From contig OZ360237.1 of the NCBI GenBank assembly GCA_977017645.1, positions 9,114,001 through 9,178,000 of the forward strand: DNA of 64,000 nt. Direction: 5' to 3'. Shown here in pieces: positions 1 to 13,872 of the stretch. The stretch's first letter is position 1. Each line of letters begins with the position of its first letter. Under the pieces are notes generated by a model. It was not told the DNA's origin. It saw only the letters and a list, made by a program, of their open reading frames with translations, and ran no database searches. Position numbers and translations under genes: made by a program. This DNA is from Torpedo marmorata (Eukaryota).

Positions 1-812
1 GGGTTAAGTTCCACTGTTTGTAGATAGACTTAATCAACAGAAAGACCAGGTTGATTAGCTATTGACTAATTTATGCCCAATAATAAAGACTAAAAGTCTC
101 TCTCTCAATGTTTTCACAAAATAGGTAATATTCTGTCTTCTGATGCTGCTTAGAATATATATAACTTAAATATTAATAATGTGTACATTAAGATAAATGT
201 ATATCGGCATAGTTTTATAAATGCCCCTAATACTAGTTTTCCTGACAGTATAAATCGAATAATTTGGATTTCCAGTTTAAAGAAACAATTAGTTTTCCTA
301 AGTGCAAGATATCTTAGCTTTGGTAAATATCTGCATACTATTTCTATGTCTTGCTGTGGTCACTGCTCCAATTTGAGTAATGAGGAGCTTTCTGTAGCCA
401 TGTGTGCAATTATGTTTCTCTTTTCCTACAACACTCTCTTCCCTGTTATGTGGTTTGTATAGATCCTGAGGGATGTGTTTTAATAAGAGGATACTTCATC
501 TTACAAACTACTGAGCTATTGTCTACCATTACTTCAGTGAGGCTGTTTCCAAATGACAGGGGAAGCAGCTAACAAAGTTCTTTTTACTTTAGTGTCTTAT
601 TAAATGATCTCAATGTAGAAACAGGATTATCAAGCTCTGGAGTTCTGAGGCTGCTTTATTAGACTCAGTTAACCCCTTCCATAATTGTATCATCTAAAGA
701 TTTTATCAACTTGAGCTATGCTTTAGGAGTAAGTGCTACATATAAATTAGAAACAGTCAAGGCCCACATTGAACATCAGGTCACTTCCATAGGTAAATCA
801 TCCTACTAATTA

Positions 813-1420
813 CACTGGACAGCAATTTTTTTCAAAAGGTTTGCTTCCTGAAAAAAATTGGGGATTATGATAGACAACTTCAAGCTGAACACAAAGATAA
901 TTTCAGATTTGCTGTATCACGTAGGAAGTTGGAGAAACATTAAATTAACTTTGATTGAATTTAGCATTTTTAATCGCATAATGATGTTGACACATTGTGT
1001 TAGTTCGACTGACCTAAAAATGTTTTGCTGATGATTTTCATTTGTACTCAACATCTGATGCCCTTCGTGTCAGTGACCAACAATAATTGGCCAGCATTGA
1101 TGGATTCCAGTTGCCCTGATACCGCTTTTCCATGGTAGCAATGGCCTGGTGAAACCTTTTACCGTGTTTGTCACTGACTGCACCAAGATCAGCAGGGAAG
1201 AAGTCCAAGTGCAAATGCAGAAAATTAATTTTCAGTGACATGTTCATGGTTTTGTATGCTTGAAGTAGACTTAAAATATGACAGAAAATCACAAAAATAG
1301 GTTATATCTAAAATACGGAACATGATAGGAAAGTTTTACTGTTATTTTCGTGATCAGCAGCCCAAAATTCATAAAATACACCCAAAAGTGTTCAGGAAGC
1401 AAATTCTTCATTGTCCAGTG
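813..1420 (-). mobile_element. Internally deleted Chapaev3 (CMC superfamily) DNA transposon
   Basis: Termini CACTGGACA...TGTCCAGTG with a further shared TTTGCTTCCTGAA in the TIR. 3-bp TSD TTA (810-812, 1421-1423). ORF 1038-1292(-) MSLKINFLHLHLDFFPADLGAVSDKHGKRFHQ...RYQG..MLANYCW resembles the Chapaev3 transposase C-terminus. Confidence 0.8.
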
Positions 1421-1994
1421 TTATTCCTCTCTAATTCATTGCATCCTTTCTTTCAACTACTTTTTAACTGCTTTACATATTACACTTTTTTCAGTATGAG
1501 CACCATTTTACTTATGGAACTTAAATGCTTTTGGAAGATTACATACAATGACTGCGAGACATTCCAACATCCATTTTGGGTGTTAGACTCTCAAAACTCC
1601 AAGTTTCTGATTGAGCAGGACTTCTTTCTTTTCAAATTGTCTTGACTGTCAAATACAAGAATATTTTTACAAAGGTTAGGTGCAATTTTGCTTAAAAATG
1701 GAAATGCATGTGTGAGCTTTAAAATATTTAACAGCATTTCTCTCAGCAATGTTCACAATGTTATTCAGTCGGGATAAAGTTGAGTGGGTTCAATTGAAAA
1801 ATTATCTCTGTGATTGCAAGGAAAAATTTGAATTCACTAAAAACTGGTATAGCTGTGGTATTCTTGTGCATACTGCAATCAGATGATTCTGATGAAAATG
1901 GATTTGCTTCAAAGTGTGTGTTGGATTTGTTTAGATTTTAATGCCTGGAAGATTACACTGTTGATATGTGTTCTTCCTCATGGTTCATTTACAG

Positions 1995-2175
1995 GACGAA
2001 GCAACTCAGCCACTCAACCTCTCAGCCAGGCCCAAGAACGCAGAGCCTGTCCGATCCCCCACATCACCCACCCAGAGCTTCCTCCACACAAATAAATCTA
2101 GTCCCGTCAATCTGCCCAATAAAAGCAGCATCCCCAGCCCTGTGGGAGGTACTCCAGGAAGAGGATCATCTTTAG
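1995..2175 (+). CDS. SOX6: SOX6 internal coding exon ([14 protein letters not shown]...GRGSSL), contains PLNLS CtBP-binding motif (2010-2024)
   Basis: Acceptor tttacAG at 1993-1994 and donor GTgggt at 2176. 181 nt, phase 0 to 1. Translation closely matches recalled vertebrate SOX6 ([23 protein letters not shown]...[24 protein letters not shown]) rather than SOX5. Confidence 0.95.
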
Positions 2176-2519
2176 GTGGGTACAAAATAAGGATGAACAG
2201 GCAATATATGGTTGATGTTTCATGATATTATGATGCTTCCTTTTGTCTTGCTAGGTGACCATTTTACAGGTGATCTAGAAACAGTGTACAGGTCAATGAA
2301 GTCTGCAGCCTCATCCAGGAAGTTTGGACATTTTGGTAAGGTCCGGGAGATTAGAATTTACAGTGTAGAGTTCTGAGTTATGAGAAAGAAAACAGAATTT
2401 GGACCTGTACAGTTTTCCATTAATTAACCCAGAGTACTTTCATTGAATCTAGACCCAAGTTTTTTTGGCAAATTCACCTTCTGAAATAAAACAAGTCTGG
2501 CATTGGAGTAAATTTGGAG

Positions 2520-2660
2520 GCAAGTCCACTGCAGATGCTGGAAACTGGAGCAAAAAATAAATTGCTGGTCTCAGGTCTCAACCCAAAACATCAACCATCC
2601 CTTTGCTTCCACAGATGCTGTCTGACCCACTGACTTCTTACAGCAGTTTATTTTTTGCAT
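2520..2660. repeat. Degenerate Penelope-terminus-derived repeat
   Basis: gcagatgctggaa...cccaaaacatcaacc...cacagatgctgtctgacc...cagcag, similar to the Penelope termini at 13873-14040 and 45915-46030. Confidence 0.55.
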
Positions 2661-2929
2661 TGGAATCAATTTGTTTGGATCCTCAAATGTTCTTTACACT
2701 GACAAGAGGAGCACATTGTAGACTTTCATATGATCGTTGACTTGGCACACTATCACCCAAATTTTAACACAGGGAACATGTTTATTATAGATGAAAGTCC
2801 GACTACTTTAATTCAACAGGTTTATTGACAATTTGAGAACATAAATTAAATTATTCTGTCTGTTCCAATTAACCCATATCATGTGATATTCTGTAGCTGT
2901 CATGTCATTTATATTCTGTGAACATAAGC

Positions 2930-3735
2930 AATGAGGAGAATGTAGCGTGATTTGGACAAGTTGAGTGAATGGGCAAATGTATCACAGATGCAATTTAAAG
3001 TGGATAAATGTGAGGTTATCTTCTTACTGGCATAAGAAGGAAGGAAGATGATTGGATTAGAAAACAATGGGGGATGCAGCGTCCATATGTCCTTGAGTAC
3101 CAGTTGATGAAAGTAAGCACGCGTGTGCAGAAGAAGGTTAAGACAAGCGGTATGTTGAGCACATGACCAGACGTGTCTTTCTGCAATTGTACAGGACCTT
3201 AGTGAGAACACTAGGGCCCTATGTTGTGTGCAGTTTTTCTCTCATCTGAAAAAAAAAAATGTTCTTGCTGTGGAGGGAGTGCAGTGAAGGCTCATCAGTC
3301 TAATTTCTGGGATGGCAATAAGGAGAGGTCAGATGACTGGAATTTTATTCTCTAGAATTTAGTAGAAAGAGAGGGGACTTCAATGAAATTTATAAAATCC
3401 TGATGGGAATGGACAGGCAAGATGCAGGAAGGATTTATTCAATGGTGCAGAAATCTAGAACTAGGGGCATAGTCTCAGAACACAGGGGACGCCAACTAGA
3501 ACTGAGATGAGGAGAAATTACCCAAAGAGTGATGAACCTGTGCAATTCTTGTCCAGAAGAGGCAATTAAGGCCAAATTATTGAAAATATTCAAGGAGTTC
3601 AATATATTTTTATGACTGAGGTGATCAATATATATGGGGAGAAAGCAGGAACAAGGTACTGAATTGGGATAATCAGCCGTGAATGATGGAGCAGGCTGAA
3701 GGGCTAAGTGGCCTACTCATCCCAGTTCCTATTCT
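2930..3735 (+). mobile_element. Old degenerate CR1 LINE 3' fragment
   Basis: Decayed RT C-terminus (gaatgggcaaat...cagatgcaattt; gtgtgcagttttt; tagaactaggggcatagtctc) and a CR1 3' tail (gggctaagtggcctactc). Confidence 0.75.
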
Positions 3736-4136
3736 CGTCCATTCTGAAGCAGCACCAGTGGAGAGATGCAGTCCTCCTTTGTCAGAGAAAATTATTGATA
3801 TGCTCAAACTTATCGTCTACAAATTCAACTTTGTCAATTGTTTACCCCATTGTGCAAGAAGGTTGTAAAACATGACTATAACTACAGTTGGTAATGTGTC
3901 CAGTAAAAGTACAAAGCAAATACAAATGGAAATGCATTGATTTTAATTTTAATCTCTGTCTTTTAATTGCAAAAAAATTTGCATTTCTATCACTAATCCA
4001 CTTTGGGTTCTAGTAACATATTTTCTAACATAGTTACAGAATTGATTGGTGAATAATCCTCCAAACACTAAACATTGTTACTCAGATTGTACCTCCAATT
4101 CTCCAAGTGGCACAGTTTATGATTTTAAACAATAAA

Positions 4137-4867
4137 CAGTAAAATCCCCGGAATCCGGCACCTTCGGGGATTGCAGGAGCTGGATATGCAAATTTTCAGG
4201 TTGCCTGAGACACACTCTTCCAATGTCTAACTAATACACCTGCATTAAGAATAAACAGTTTAAAAGACAAAAGACAGTGCAAAATGTAAAGTAATTTGAA
4301 AAAAGTCAGTATTATATTCCTTAATTATGTAAAGTTCACTTTAGTCAGGTCATTCCCGTAACTTACAAAATTTAAAATTAAATTCGAGCCCCGGTTGCTG
4401 GCGCTGTAACAGCGTTGCGCTAACCGTGCCGCCATCATAATTAACCCCCCTCCCCAAGTTTACAGATAAAGCCTTACTAATATAGTTAATACTAATAAAG
4501 ATAAAGACTTACCATGCAGGGATAGGGGGACACTTTGGGAGAGTCACCCCAGCGGCAAGTGGCATCAGCCGGCTCTTCATCCTGGGCGTCGCCATTTTAT
4601 TCAAACTTTGTTCAAACTTTGTTCAAACAGCTGCTGCGGGTGGGGCACAACCGGAACGATCTGCTGGCTGAATGTTTGCTCCCATCTTCACCAAGGGATT
4701 GTGGGTTGCTTCAGAGAACATTTACTTTTACAACTTTAAACTTCTTTTAAAATTTTTATTTATTCTTATTTACTGAAAAAAAAATTATATATTTATTTCC
4801 TTGATTTTTTTTCCCCGGTTGCTTGGGTTGCCGGTTGCTTGAATTCTGGATACCAGGTATATTACTG
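4137..4867. mobile_element. Tigger-like (Tc1/mariner) MITE containing a tRNA-SINE head fragment (~4383-4432)
   Basis: Imperfect TIRs CAGTAAAATCCCCGGAATCC / GGATACCAGGTATATTACTG followed by TA on the right. The left flank is AA. Confidence 0.6.
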
Positions 4868-7063
4868 TAAATCACTTAACCTCAATGCAACACAGCCTTT
4901 GACTATGTTTTCCTAGAAATGCTAGTGCACTCTAAAGCTTCCAAGGTTTTGGAGCTAATACCCAGGGTGCATGTATTCCTTTCCAAAGCTAGGTTTGCAA
5001 AATTGGTGGGCACTATTCCAATCGCAGTAGTGAGGGATTGGGGAAGGGGGGCATGAGGGTTAGGGGTGGAAAGATGGAAGTACAGCACCTTGAAAGACGC
5101 GGGCATGTAGGAACTGGCATTTGCAGGCATGTTATGGTGAGGATTTGATGCAGAGGTTAATCTGGGGTGGTCATTGGCGATGAAAGAATTAGGATACTGA
5201 CTAGCATTTGGAGAGCAATTGCGTGGAGTGTGGACATGTGCATCTGTTTGTATTTTTTTGCGTGGTTGCAGGAACAGGGTGGTGTGAATAAGCATTTGCA
5301 TTGCTTGTGGTGGGGAGGGGAGGGAGAGGAAAGATTGGATCTGGCATAATCAGTGATCAGAATTAGGGCTTGGTTGACTTGGGCTCAGGAAATCACAGAC
5401 TGAGGAGCTGAGGGGGTGCAGGATGACAGTAAGTAACAAACTTCATTGGCTGGCATACTAGTTTGGTGACCTGTAGGAAAGCCATGTGATTTCAGGATAG
5501 GCAACCCCTACACAACATGGTCCAAATTCCCCTGCATTGCTCCAAAGTGGGAGTTACATAGAGAATAACAACATCCCATACAGCCCTGGAAATAACATCA
5601 GTACTACATGGTTAACTTTCACCTGGAAGTGCCTGGTTAAAATTCTGGAATTAAATGATGTAATCTGGAAATGGTTGCTAGAACATTTCACTTCAGATGC
5701 AAAATAATTTTCAATAGCATAATATTGAAATAAAATATATGAATTTTTGGTCAATTGTGTCCTCTGCTGGGGTAGCCTGTATCACCAAGATTTGTTATAG
5801 AGTAGAAGGACCACTTTGTGCTTCCAAGCCTTGACAGATCTATTGGCTCATCTGTATCTGGGTCTGATTGAACTGATCACTCAGCCACAATTCAGGAGAG
5901 GTTAGGGGTTGGATAATTTATTTAAAAGAAAATGAGTGAATAGAGTTCCCTTATAGTAGGTCTATGAGAGGTGTCATCACTTATTTTGCTTCCCAGGAAC
6001 GCAGCACTCGATAAAAGTTTGGCCTAACTTAGAAATTTCTCATTTCTAAGACCTTCATTCATTAGAAGCACAGTGTTCTCAATGAAACAAAGGGATCCAG
6101 GAGTTATTCCCAGGAAATACATCTGCCATGCAGTACTTTGAATACTAATAATCTTGTTGATACATAAATGTTGTTGACACCTTGGTTTTGCTATTCTCTT
6201 TCCAGAAGGTATTAAGCTCAGAACATATTTTTTTCTCTGGATGTAATGGTCCATCTTGAACATTGTGATTCATTTTGTGTCAAAACATGAGAAAGAACTA
6301 ATGAGCAAACTAAATGTGCTTTTCCTTTTGTCCTCATGTGCAATACAGAGTTCAAAATAATTTGTAGTTCTGATAAAGGCAGTGGCGCTGAACATAATTG
6401 AAAAGTGGTTATTGGCTTTGGGTGATGAGCAGCATAAAGCCTGACTGATACAACTGAAAATAGAGTCCGGAGGGAAACATTATTCATTACCAAAAAGTCC
6501 TAGATCCCTATATAGATCACTGCACTTCAGTAATTCACAACTTAAACAAAATTGGTTATTTTAAGCCCATTTGAAAAGAGATGATGAACATTTAAAAAAA
6601 TGAGAATGAAAAATAACAGCAGCTGGGAAAGTAGTTTTAACTGCTCTCTCAGCTTTGCCTATTCCAATATTACCTGAATTGGGTCAGTGATACAGGATCT
6701 AATACATCTAGTTAAGAAGCGCAAATCTATTTGCAAGAGACGATTGTGGCAATGCAGAGCACATTCTTAGGAATCAATGTTCCAGATAATGTACTGAAAG
6801 GAATGGCTTCATTAATAATTAACAGCTTTGGGAGATTCTTGTCTGAATCCAAATCTGCCTCTGTTTTAATGAGTATTCTTTTTGAAAGATAAACAAAGTT
6901 GATTGTGGAATAAGGCATAGTTTTTGTACTGAGTCATTTGAATTTGACAACAGATGGATTAAACTGTCTAGTTTATTACAAATTTACATTAAATAAAGGA
7001 TCTCCATGGATCAACATTTTTTGTTGTATTTTATCAATTGTTATGATCCTCTCTCTACCTCAG

Positions 7064-7245
7064 ACATCCTCTCAACTCTGAATTCAACAGCCTTCCTGGG
7101 TGACCAGGACGCAGTGATGAAGGCCATCCAGGAAGCTCGGAAGATGAGAGAACAGTTGCAACGAGAGCAGCAAATGCAACAGCCAGGGCTTGATGGAAAG
7201 ATGCCGTCCATGAATAACCTCGGAATTAACTGCACGGGTAATAAG
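7064..7245 (+). CDS. SOX6: SOX6 internal coding exon (second coiled-coil: DILSTLNS...[20 protein letters not shown]...NK)
   Basis: Polypyrimidine tract ctctctctacctcAG (7062-7063) and donor GTgagt at 7246. 182 nt, phase 1 to 0. G+AC from the previous exon gives Asp. Matches SOX6 [31 protein letters not shown]. Confidence 0.95.
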
Positions 7246-10200
7246 GTGAGTGCTTGCAGTGACAATCTGCAGAAAGGTCCTCACCAGCGGAAAGGAAGCA
7301 ACAACAAGTCCTCTGGTACAGGGATGAATATGTAGCTTTGTTCCATCCGTTAGCTTGGCCTTCAAAGCTGATGGGATCAATTTCAAGCAGAAGAAAAAGT
7401 TGTGTTAAAAATTGCCCTGGTTATCGGAAGTGAACTTATTTTCTCATGTTTCCATTCAAATATTTGCATATCAGGAAACACAGTGGATTCGTCCTGCTGC
7501 TCTGACTCACTACCCAACTACCCACCCACACTTAGCGGCACCAGAATATGGAGGGTCAGCCAAGCAGATCCTCCGCACTCAGGAGATGTCCAGTGAGGCA
7601 TAACAAAGCCTCAGTGACAGATAGGACATAACCTGGAGCAGCACTGAGATCCTTCAACCACTGAACACTGCTGGCTTTTAAGAGGAGTCAAGGCATGGGG
7701 CAGAAGTCTGTCTCCTATTAAATTGGAACCATATATTAAAGGTTTTTTTTACCATGTCTGATACCTGACATATTGAAACTGTGGTGTGTGTAAATGATTA
7801 AATACTTAAACAAATAAAAACAATTAAAATAATTATAAACATATTAGCACACTAAGAAATAATTAAAAACATTAAAATAATAAGTAAACAATAAATAACA
7901 TATTTTTCTTCCAAATCTCCCGACTGGGAATATCTATTCAGTTGAATGGGATCTCCAACTTTGCCCTGGCAGATACCGCATTCTAACGCTGGGGGATTCC
8001 ACCAAGACAGGGCTCTGTCATTGTACTTCAAATGCAATCCAATGAGAGAGCAGAGTCACAGAGGTGCTGGAGGAGCCTGCTGAAGCCACCAGCGCTCAAC
8101 ATGCTGGTGATTTCGATCTGAGCGTTCAGCCAATATTGCTAAGGTTCTTGACGTGATCTACAGACTGAAAACTGTTCAAAAGTTCTCCTTGGAAATGGGG
8201 AGCTCCTCATTATTTTGCCACATCACCAGGAAAATTGCAACTTGCTCAGAATTCATCAAAGAACTAAATTCAGACCCCATAATATCACTAGAGAACTGGA
8301 CACAAACTTGATCAATAAACTTACAGTCAGAGAAGTTCCACTCAAGGTAGACATGAATTTGTTTCCCAATTATCTATATTCTCTAAAGGATTGGCAGTTA
8401 ATTATCATTAGTAATGGGATATGAAGGCTAAAGCATCTTCAAGTTAATTGGCATACCTCAATGAAAGATAACCAAGCTCCCTTGTGTAATCAGATGCCTA
8501 AATTTCAATTATAATCTGACATTGTGGATCATCCACCTGTTGTTTGCTGCTTCTGGTTTTCAGTTCTATAAATTTCAACCAAGCAGTTTCTGGAATGAGC
8601 AACTGATTTTCTATGTCACACATTTGCACCGCGTGGCAAATTTGAAGGCCTGCCCAGCAATTCATTGCTCTGATGATTCAATGAAGGCAACATTTAAACA
8701 AAGTTATTCAAAAGTTAATAGAAATGGGCAGAACAAAGCAAAAAAATGTCAACTATAATCACAATTCTTTTATTTGTTTTCTCAGAGGGGTTGTTATGGT
8801 GATAATTCCTTTTAATAGCTTGTAGCTAATAACTTTAAGGATAACAGTATCGAGTTACATGCACTTCAAAGATCTTGTTAATATGCCTTTGGATGCTCAG
8901 TGGTTCATTGCTTACTGGATTGTGTCGATTGTGGCTATATAATTTAATATGTTTAAATGAGTAAAGAACCCTCTCTGTTGTGTGAACCAAGTCAGCGCTA
9001 AGCTTCCTTTGAACTGGTTGTGATGTGTCAGAACCAAGCAAGTGAAAATGAAATTTGCAAGCCTATCCTGGAACCTAAATTCAGTTCATTAGATTGCAAA
9101 GTATTTGAAAAAAAATTCTTCAATGGAGATAGTTTGAGGCCAAAATAAAAGTTCTGGCCTAACCTTGAAGAATATTCATTGCACTCATTTACATACTTAC
9201 AGGATAAATGTAAATAGCAAAATCATCAATTTCTGAAGGATTCTTCAGTTCACCAATTCATCATCTTTCCTGCCATAATGTACATGCTTGCACAGGAAGT
9301 CCCTGGCATACATGAATATTCAGTTCCAGAAACTATTCCATAAATTGTATTTTATGTAAGTTGTGTTTCACTGAAGACATGCACATTTAGTATTTTGTTT
9401 CAAACTCTGATAGAAGTGGGTTCCTATCCTATCATATTTTATGCACTGCATGAACACAATATCTTCTGTCATGAAATGAGAAAAGCTTATGGATCTAAAT
9501 ATACTGTAGAAATAAAAAAAATAAAACATTGGATTAATTAGAAAGTAATCTAACATTAACCTCATATACCTTAATCAGGTGTGATTACAGTTTCCTATCA
9601 TCTTTGTGCATGATTACAAGAGCAAACATTGAAATTGCTTGAGTTTATCGAGTAGCTACATTTATGGCAACCAAACAAACTGTTCTGCAGAAGCTAGCCA
9701 TATGTCCTTCCCATGTGACTGCAAGTAGTTCCCACTGACGTGTGTGTACCCTGAAAATATGAATGAATAAGTACTTTTTCAATAAGGGCATATTTGCATA
9801 GGTTGAGTGTTCCATGGCACAAGGAGGACCTGTATTTAATAACTTGGTTAGAGCCACAAAGTTTTTCATAAACTGATAGCTGAGGTGAGCATGACATGTT
9901 GATACGTAGCACTGACTTTACAGTAGATGCAGCTGTCTCTCCCCTGAGTGTTCAGTTAAATGGAAGGATCCTCATTGAGATAGCAAAAGAATGGTCAAAA
10001 GACAACATGGACTTGAGATTGCCACACAAATATGAACGCCTCTTAATGAGCAGATGTTCTGTAATGCTCAGAACTGACTTCAGTTTCCATTAGCAGGGTA
10101 ATTCAGATGATGAAATCCAATAACGCTCATCCATTCGATTGCCCTTCACTCCCAGTGGAATGTGATTCATGTCAGCTCACTTTGTCTCTAGTTCCATTCC

Positions 10201-11084
10201 CACAGGTAGAAAGCTCATAGGAAAAGACAATTTATTTTGACATTTGATTTATAATCTGTGAAGCATTTAATATTTTAATGGAATTTCCTGAGATGTAAAT
10301 ATATTCACATTAAGAAATGGTCTGCATAAAACTAGCTTTCTGTCAAATTGAGCTAGTACCTTGCGGAATATTTCATGTATCAATCTTTGTGTGCACAGTT
10401 TTCTAAATTTTCTGTTAGCTTGTTTGACTCTGTGATGCTTTGTTGTACATTTGAAATTTCTGGATGATCTTTTTCACATCATTTGGCATGGTGCAGTGGT
10501 TTTCAACCTTTATTTATCTGACATTAAAAGGGGAGCTGGCACTGTTAGAAATCTGTTGAATATACAGGGAACATTAGCTTGCTGCATTGAACTCAAGGCC
10601 TCAAAACCCATTCAGTGAAGAGAATAGCTGCTTATCTTGGAGAGACATGGTGCTTACCTCTAAGTTAATATTTCTTATTAATTCAGGTTGCAGCTGAGAC
10701 TGGAAGGACTGGGTTCAATCTCTGGCTTCTCTAAGACATGTGTTTCATTATTTGTTTAGCATTGTGGAAAGATTGCAAAGGACTCTCTTATTTCAATTAA
10801 ACAGCAAATACCTGAGCAAAAATGTCATGCCCGACAAGTCATAATTCAGTTAAAGGGAGGGCACACCATTTTAATGGCTTCTAAACACCACCCTACCAAC
10901 CCTTGTTAATTCAGATGATGGTTAATCACACAGCCTGGACTTGGGGGGGGGGGGGTCATACGCCAGAATCTGCTAAAAAGGAAGATCGAATCCTTGCCTT
11001 GTTTTGGGTTATTGATGTTTGTGCCCCTTCCCACTGCTCTGAGCGAAATAGTTCCCAGACTTGAATTATTGTTTAAGACCACTT

Positions 11085-11215
11085 CCATAGAATTAGAGGT
11101 GCACAGAATGGAGGCGGACCCTTCAGTCCAACTCACCTGTCATGACCAAGATGCTTATCTAAATTAATCCCATTTTCCTGCATTTGGCCCACATCCTTCT
11201 ATTCCTTTCCTATCC
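11085..11215 (-). mobile_element. Short CR1 3' end fragment
   Basis: Reverse complement of the CR1 tail (catagaa...cccttcagtcc...cctgcatttggcccacatcc). Confidence 0.55.
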
Positions 11216-12555
11216 TCACTGCATTTGCCTTAATGATTAGAGTTAGATTCTTTCCTATTTATTTTTTCCTCCACCCAACAGCCAGATACATGGTGAGTGA
11301 AACGGGAAGAATGGCTACACAAGAACACGTCTCAATTGACTACCAGCTATCGTCTCCATGTTCCTTTCTCGTTACTTTGAATGGCAGGGTCTTGTCCACA
11401 GAATAATTACAATGGGGTTGCCATCTTTACATTCAGTGTAGTCTGGAATGAACCATTTGCTCAGATTATCCTTGATGTATTTCATAGCCTGAACCTATGA
11501 CCAACACCAATTGGTGGCGGACATGGAGGGGTGGTTGAGCTCATCTTCCATACACAAGGGTTGTCATACACAGGAGAGAGCTCTGCAAGCCACAGGATCC
11601 TGAGGCCACATCATCAGGTTGCCCTGATAACTGTTTGAAATTTCAATAACATCAAAGGCATTTAAAATATTGTTCAATACATTATAAATAAATAAATTCC
11701 ATCAAAACACTTTAAAGTAATTGTAAACATTAGAATAAAGTAAAACAGAATAAAATAAGTAGACAGTCTCCTCTGTCTACATTTTCACTCAGGGTTGACA
11801 GTCCTGTGATGTTGTGCTTCTCACACCTGCCTTCTTGACATAAAGCTGAGGGAGGTTAATGAAATTTGCCTTTGTCCCCTCTTTTCAATATGTCAGTATG
11901 CCAATGGACTCGGTAGAGAACCCAACGGCAGAGTGGAGGCTTCAGTATGGCAGCATCTGACCTCCAGTTCATCACCAAATTCCACACTTCAACATGTCGC
12001 CAAAGTGCAGGTGGTACTCTACAGCAAGGGTTAAGTACTCTCCAGACCATTCAGATAGTGTCAAGTATAACTTGTTGAAATGATATCGAATGCTTATCTT
12101 TCCTGCAATTTGCTGTCTGAATCTTCAATTAATTTGTTTTCTCTTCCCACAAAATAGAAGCAATCCACATTGAAAGGGTGAATAGCATTCTGTTTAAGCT
12201 TGACACCCTGTTATTTATCATTTCACAGATCCTAGTTACCTTTACTTCATCACCATTTCTTACAGACTTCTAGATGTAGCACACACACCCTGGATCGCAG
12301 ATTGAGCTGGTTTGCAGACTTTAAATGATTATTGATTTCCTCAAAAAGTTGATACTAAATTATCTTGTGATCTGTTCTTGTATATGAATCTTTCTCAATC
12401 ATTTCATTATTATCCTCTTCAGTTTTGTGAACCATGCAAGCGGATCTCCGTTCCACCTGTACTGCAGGTGCAGAGTATCTCAACTGAGTGATTGTCCTTG
12501 CCTTATTTGGCTGGAATGTAGGTTTAAGAAAGAGAGAAAAAAATATGGTTTAGAG

Positions 12556-12800
12556 CAGCCATTGTCAACTTTTTTTTGGCTATGGCTCCCTTAGGACTCT
12601 ACTCAAAGTTTATGGGCCTCCTTCCCTGTAAAGCAGTCAAGCTTTGTTTTCTTCCGTACTTCTCTCCTACCAACTACTTAAAAACATGAAAAATATATAT
12701 ATGTTAATTGAGGTGAAAAGAAAACAAAGCTTTTACTTAAATGAGCTGTTGCCCCCAGGATGGGGGGGGGGGGGGATCGGGCCTCCGTTGAGAATGGCTG
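12556..12800. mobile_element. hAT (Charlie-like) MITE
   Basis: TIRs CAGCCATTGTCAAC / GTTGAGAATGGCTG and a perfect 8-bp TSD GTTTAGAG (12548-12555, 12801-12808). A second copy lies at 50232-51315. Confidence 0.9.
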
Positions 12801-13872
12801 GTTTAGAGTGTGATTCAAGTTGTCTTTGTACATGCACCATGGAAGAAACAAGTACAATTCATGCTATGTGTAATGGCCTAGTGCTGCACTGGCTCCTACT
12901 GCACAACATCTTAAGGCCAGATATCTTGCTGTCTGAATCTCCAACTAATTTGCTTCCTCTTCTGACAGCAAAGAAGCAGTTCATATTAATGTGATGAATA
13001 ACACTTTCTGAATATCCTGAATTTTTCCTCTTCATTTCTATTTAATCCCTTTGCAGTCTTTCTCATCCAACTGGATCACCTCTCCCATGTCATCCAATGT
13101 CTTTGCTGTGGCTTGATTTTATTATTTATTGATCACAGCTAAAGCTGCTCTGAAATTAGTCTTGCTTGGCTTTTTCCACTTTCTTATCTACATGTTGTCT
13201 CTTAATAAATTCTTTCACAAATGTGAGGGCAAGTTATATGAATTATGAAAGGAAGTTGGCAAATAATATACAAAAGGATACTGAGTTTTTTTCAAATATA
13301 TAAAGAGTAAAAGAGAGACAAGGGTAGATATATGACCGATTGTAAATGATGCTGGAGGAATTATAAAGGGTAACCAAGAGATGGCAGAGGAACTAAATGA
13401 ATATTTTGCTAGGATTACTAGGGAGATAGTGCTTGGAAAGCTGAATGGACTAAAGATATATAAGTCTCCCGGACCGGATGAGGTACACCCACGGGTTCCG
13501 AAGGAGGTGGCTTTGGAGATTGTGGAGGCATTGGAAATGATTTTTCAGAAATCAATAGACTCCGGCATGATTCCGGAGGATTGGAAGGTCGCAAATGTAG
13601 TTCCGCTGTTTAAGAAAGGAGGGAGGCAGAAAAAAGGAAATTATAGGCCTATTAGTCTGACATCAGTAGTTGGTAAGATTTTGGAGTCGATCCTCAAGGA
13701 TGAGGTTATTTAATACCTTGAGGTGAATGACATGATAGGTCCAAGCCAGCATGGTTTCATGAAGGGAAGATCCTGCCTGACCAACCTATTGGAATTTTTG
13801 GAGGAGATCTCAGGTAGGATGGACAAGGGAGAGGCTGTGGATGTTGTGTATTTGGATTTTCAAAAGGCCTTT

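Noticed and set aside
181-462. Numerous short 60-130 aa ORFs throughout the introns
   Set aside because: No recognisable homology or supported splice structure. Consistent with random ORFs or antisense frames of repeats.
7400-7900. Possible ancient repeat family shared with ~11500-11950, ~18300-18860 and ~55450-55860 (GC block followed by A-rich block)
   Set aside because: Similarity is compositional and too decayed to align by eye. No termini or TSD could be defined.
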